Assembly (NCBI RefSeq): GCF_000002075.1
Contig: NW_004797696.1
Span: 235,668-299,667 of the forward strand
Length of the DNA: 64,000 bases
Direction: 5' to 3'
DNA from: Aplysia californica
Lineage: Eukaryota
This document shows, one piece after another, positions 62,420 to 64,000 of this stretch (positions within the stretch are counted from its first letter, which is position 1; every line of letters begins with the position of its first letter). Position numbers and translations under genes: made by a program. The notes beneath the pieces are model-generated. The model saw nothing but the letters and a program-made list of their open reading frames with translations, was not told the DNA's origin and ran no database searches.

Positions 62420-64000
62420 ATGTTAATTAGTTTTATTGTTCCAGGACCTTTTTATCCCATCCAGTCAAGTCTTTCTTGATCTTCCTCTTGATTTAAAGCC
62501 AATTCGCGGGTGTGGTAAGCTCTAGCCGCTAGTTGTTTCTGTGGCATTCTGGTTAGATGTCCGAACCATTGGACTCTTTGACGATCTAATAAATTAACTA
62601 CTTGTGAACGAATGGTCTCGTTCCTTATGCGCTTTCCTTTGGTGGCGTTGGTGGTTTTGCGGAGACACCTAATTTCGGGTGCATTGATTTTTCTTTATCA
62701 TTCCTTGTTTAGAGACCATGTTTGACACTGGTTTGTTAATGTTGATCTGAAGATTCTATTCATGAGCTGGGATTTCACTTCAGTTGGGATGTTCTTGTGA
62801 CTGAGAAGGGCTGCTAGCTGGTAGGTCACTGCATTTGCCTTCATAGTTCTTGTTTGTTTTTCTTTGTCCATACGCCCATCTAGTGTGAAGATGCTTCCCA
62901 AATATTTAAATTCCTCTACTTGTTGGAGTTGTGTTCCGTCAATAAGGATATTGAGTTTCCCTGGTTTTTTCTAGCCTTCATAACTTCCGTTTTTGAAATA
63001 GAGATTTTCATGTTTAGGTGTTTACATTCCTCATTAATTAATTTTGTGGTGTGTTTTTGTGATTCCTCTTCATCTGTATTAAATGTACTCTGGTCATCAG
63101 CAAATACTAGCTTGCTCAGTTCATTGATGTTGTCATTTGCTGCTTTCGTGATCTTATCCATGTAAGTGATGAAGAGAAGCGTAGAGAAAACACACCCTTG
63201 TCTCACCCCAGACCTGAAGGGGAAACAGTCCGATAGTCCTTCTGTTGACCTTACGGCACACAGGCTGTTTTTATAAAGCGCCATGATGTTCTCCAGCAAT
63301 TGTCCTTTTACAACATATTCCTCTAAGGCTACCCACTGGCTTCAGCCACTGACTGAAGTATCTTTAGGCCATTCCCAAAGAGGGGACGTTTTTCGTTCTA
63401 ATGCACAGTAGAATTGTAACTGGACTGATCGAACAATGTCATGCTCATAACCGTGCCGGAACTACAACAGGGAACTGCTACTTTTTCTTTCCTAATCCTT
63501 ACTGTCGTCATTTTCCTCTACTTCTTTTGTATGTTTGTCACACTCTTGTGACCCACTTTTTCCGGGATGCCTTTATAGTCGAAGCAGACTTTGTGCTTTT
63601 GAAGCTAGAGAGGTGAGCAGAGTAAATCTGATTCCCTGTAAGGACTCCTCTGTTGACACCCACCCCTTGGCGCTCATATGACCTTATGCAGTTGCGAGTG
63701 CCGTAAAACTTCTACTAAAACCTCTAAGACTTCCCAAAGTTGACATCTATTTATCCTGTCGAACGCTTTTTCGTGTTCCACGAAAACGATATTGAGGTCT
63801 TGTCATTTCCAATGGCAGTCTCACAGAACTGTGCGAATGCAAAAAAGTGTCAGTACAGCCCCTGCCTTTTCTGAATCCAAACTGGGGTTCATTGAGTTGA
63901 GTCTCTACAATCGGTCTCATTCTCATTTCCAGTATATTGGCTAACGTTATATCCACACAGCTGAGAAGGGATATTCCTCAGTAGGCTCTGTGTTGTTTTT
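62420..64000 (-). mobile_element. Decayed non-LTR retrotransposon reverse transcriptase (RTE-like), interrupted by an insertion
   Basis: QFGFRKGRGCTD, GVRQGCVFSTLLF, FADDQ, ISISKTEVM and KYLGSIFT motifs, with frameshifts. Confidence 0.88.
63336..63720 (+). mobile_element. 385-bp retroposon with Nimb/I-like tail inserted into the RTE-like LINE
   Basis: Flanked by 16-bp direct repeats CCTCTAAG(G/A)CT(A/T)CCCA at 63320-63335 and 63721-63736; ends GCGCTCATATGACCTTATGCAGTTGCGAGTGCCGTAAAAC. Confidence 0.8.

Overview
Intron-rich, AT-rich animal genomic DNA with four N-gaps. It is most likely from a gastropod mollusc, inferred from the mollusc-type estrogen receptor sequence. Three protein-coding genes can be rebuilt by hand from GT/AG junctions with consistent reading phase. 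(1) The last two coding exons of a mollusc-type estrogen receptor (+, 1201-1331 and 2448-2929), ending in a polyQ/H/P tail and followed by a probable ~10.8 kb 3' UTR in which I saw no transposons. (2) A complete 15-exon, 549-aa GALNT2-like polypeptide GalNAc-transferase gene (-, 40393 to 24132). Its reading frame is intact, but both Mn2+-binding histidines (DxH to DSL, VGH to VGL) and the WGGE motif are lost, so it is a likely pseudoenzyme. (3) Head-to-head with it, a 4-exon, 299-aa stand-alone SAM methyltransferase (+, 41561-51953) homologous to the C-terminal domain of the ovothiol synthase OvoA, with an added N-terminal membrane anchor. Introns and intergenic DNA hold many mobile elements: a Nimb/I-like LINE remnant and several short retroposons that share its 3' tail, RTE-like LINE fragments, tRNA-derived SINEs, a Tol2-like hAT element, piggyBac-, pogo- and mariner-like MITEs, and mini- and microsatellites. 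All family assignments come from motif recognition by eye, not database searches.
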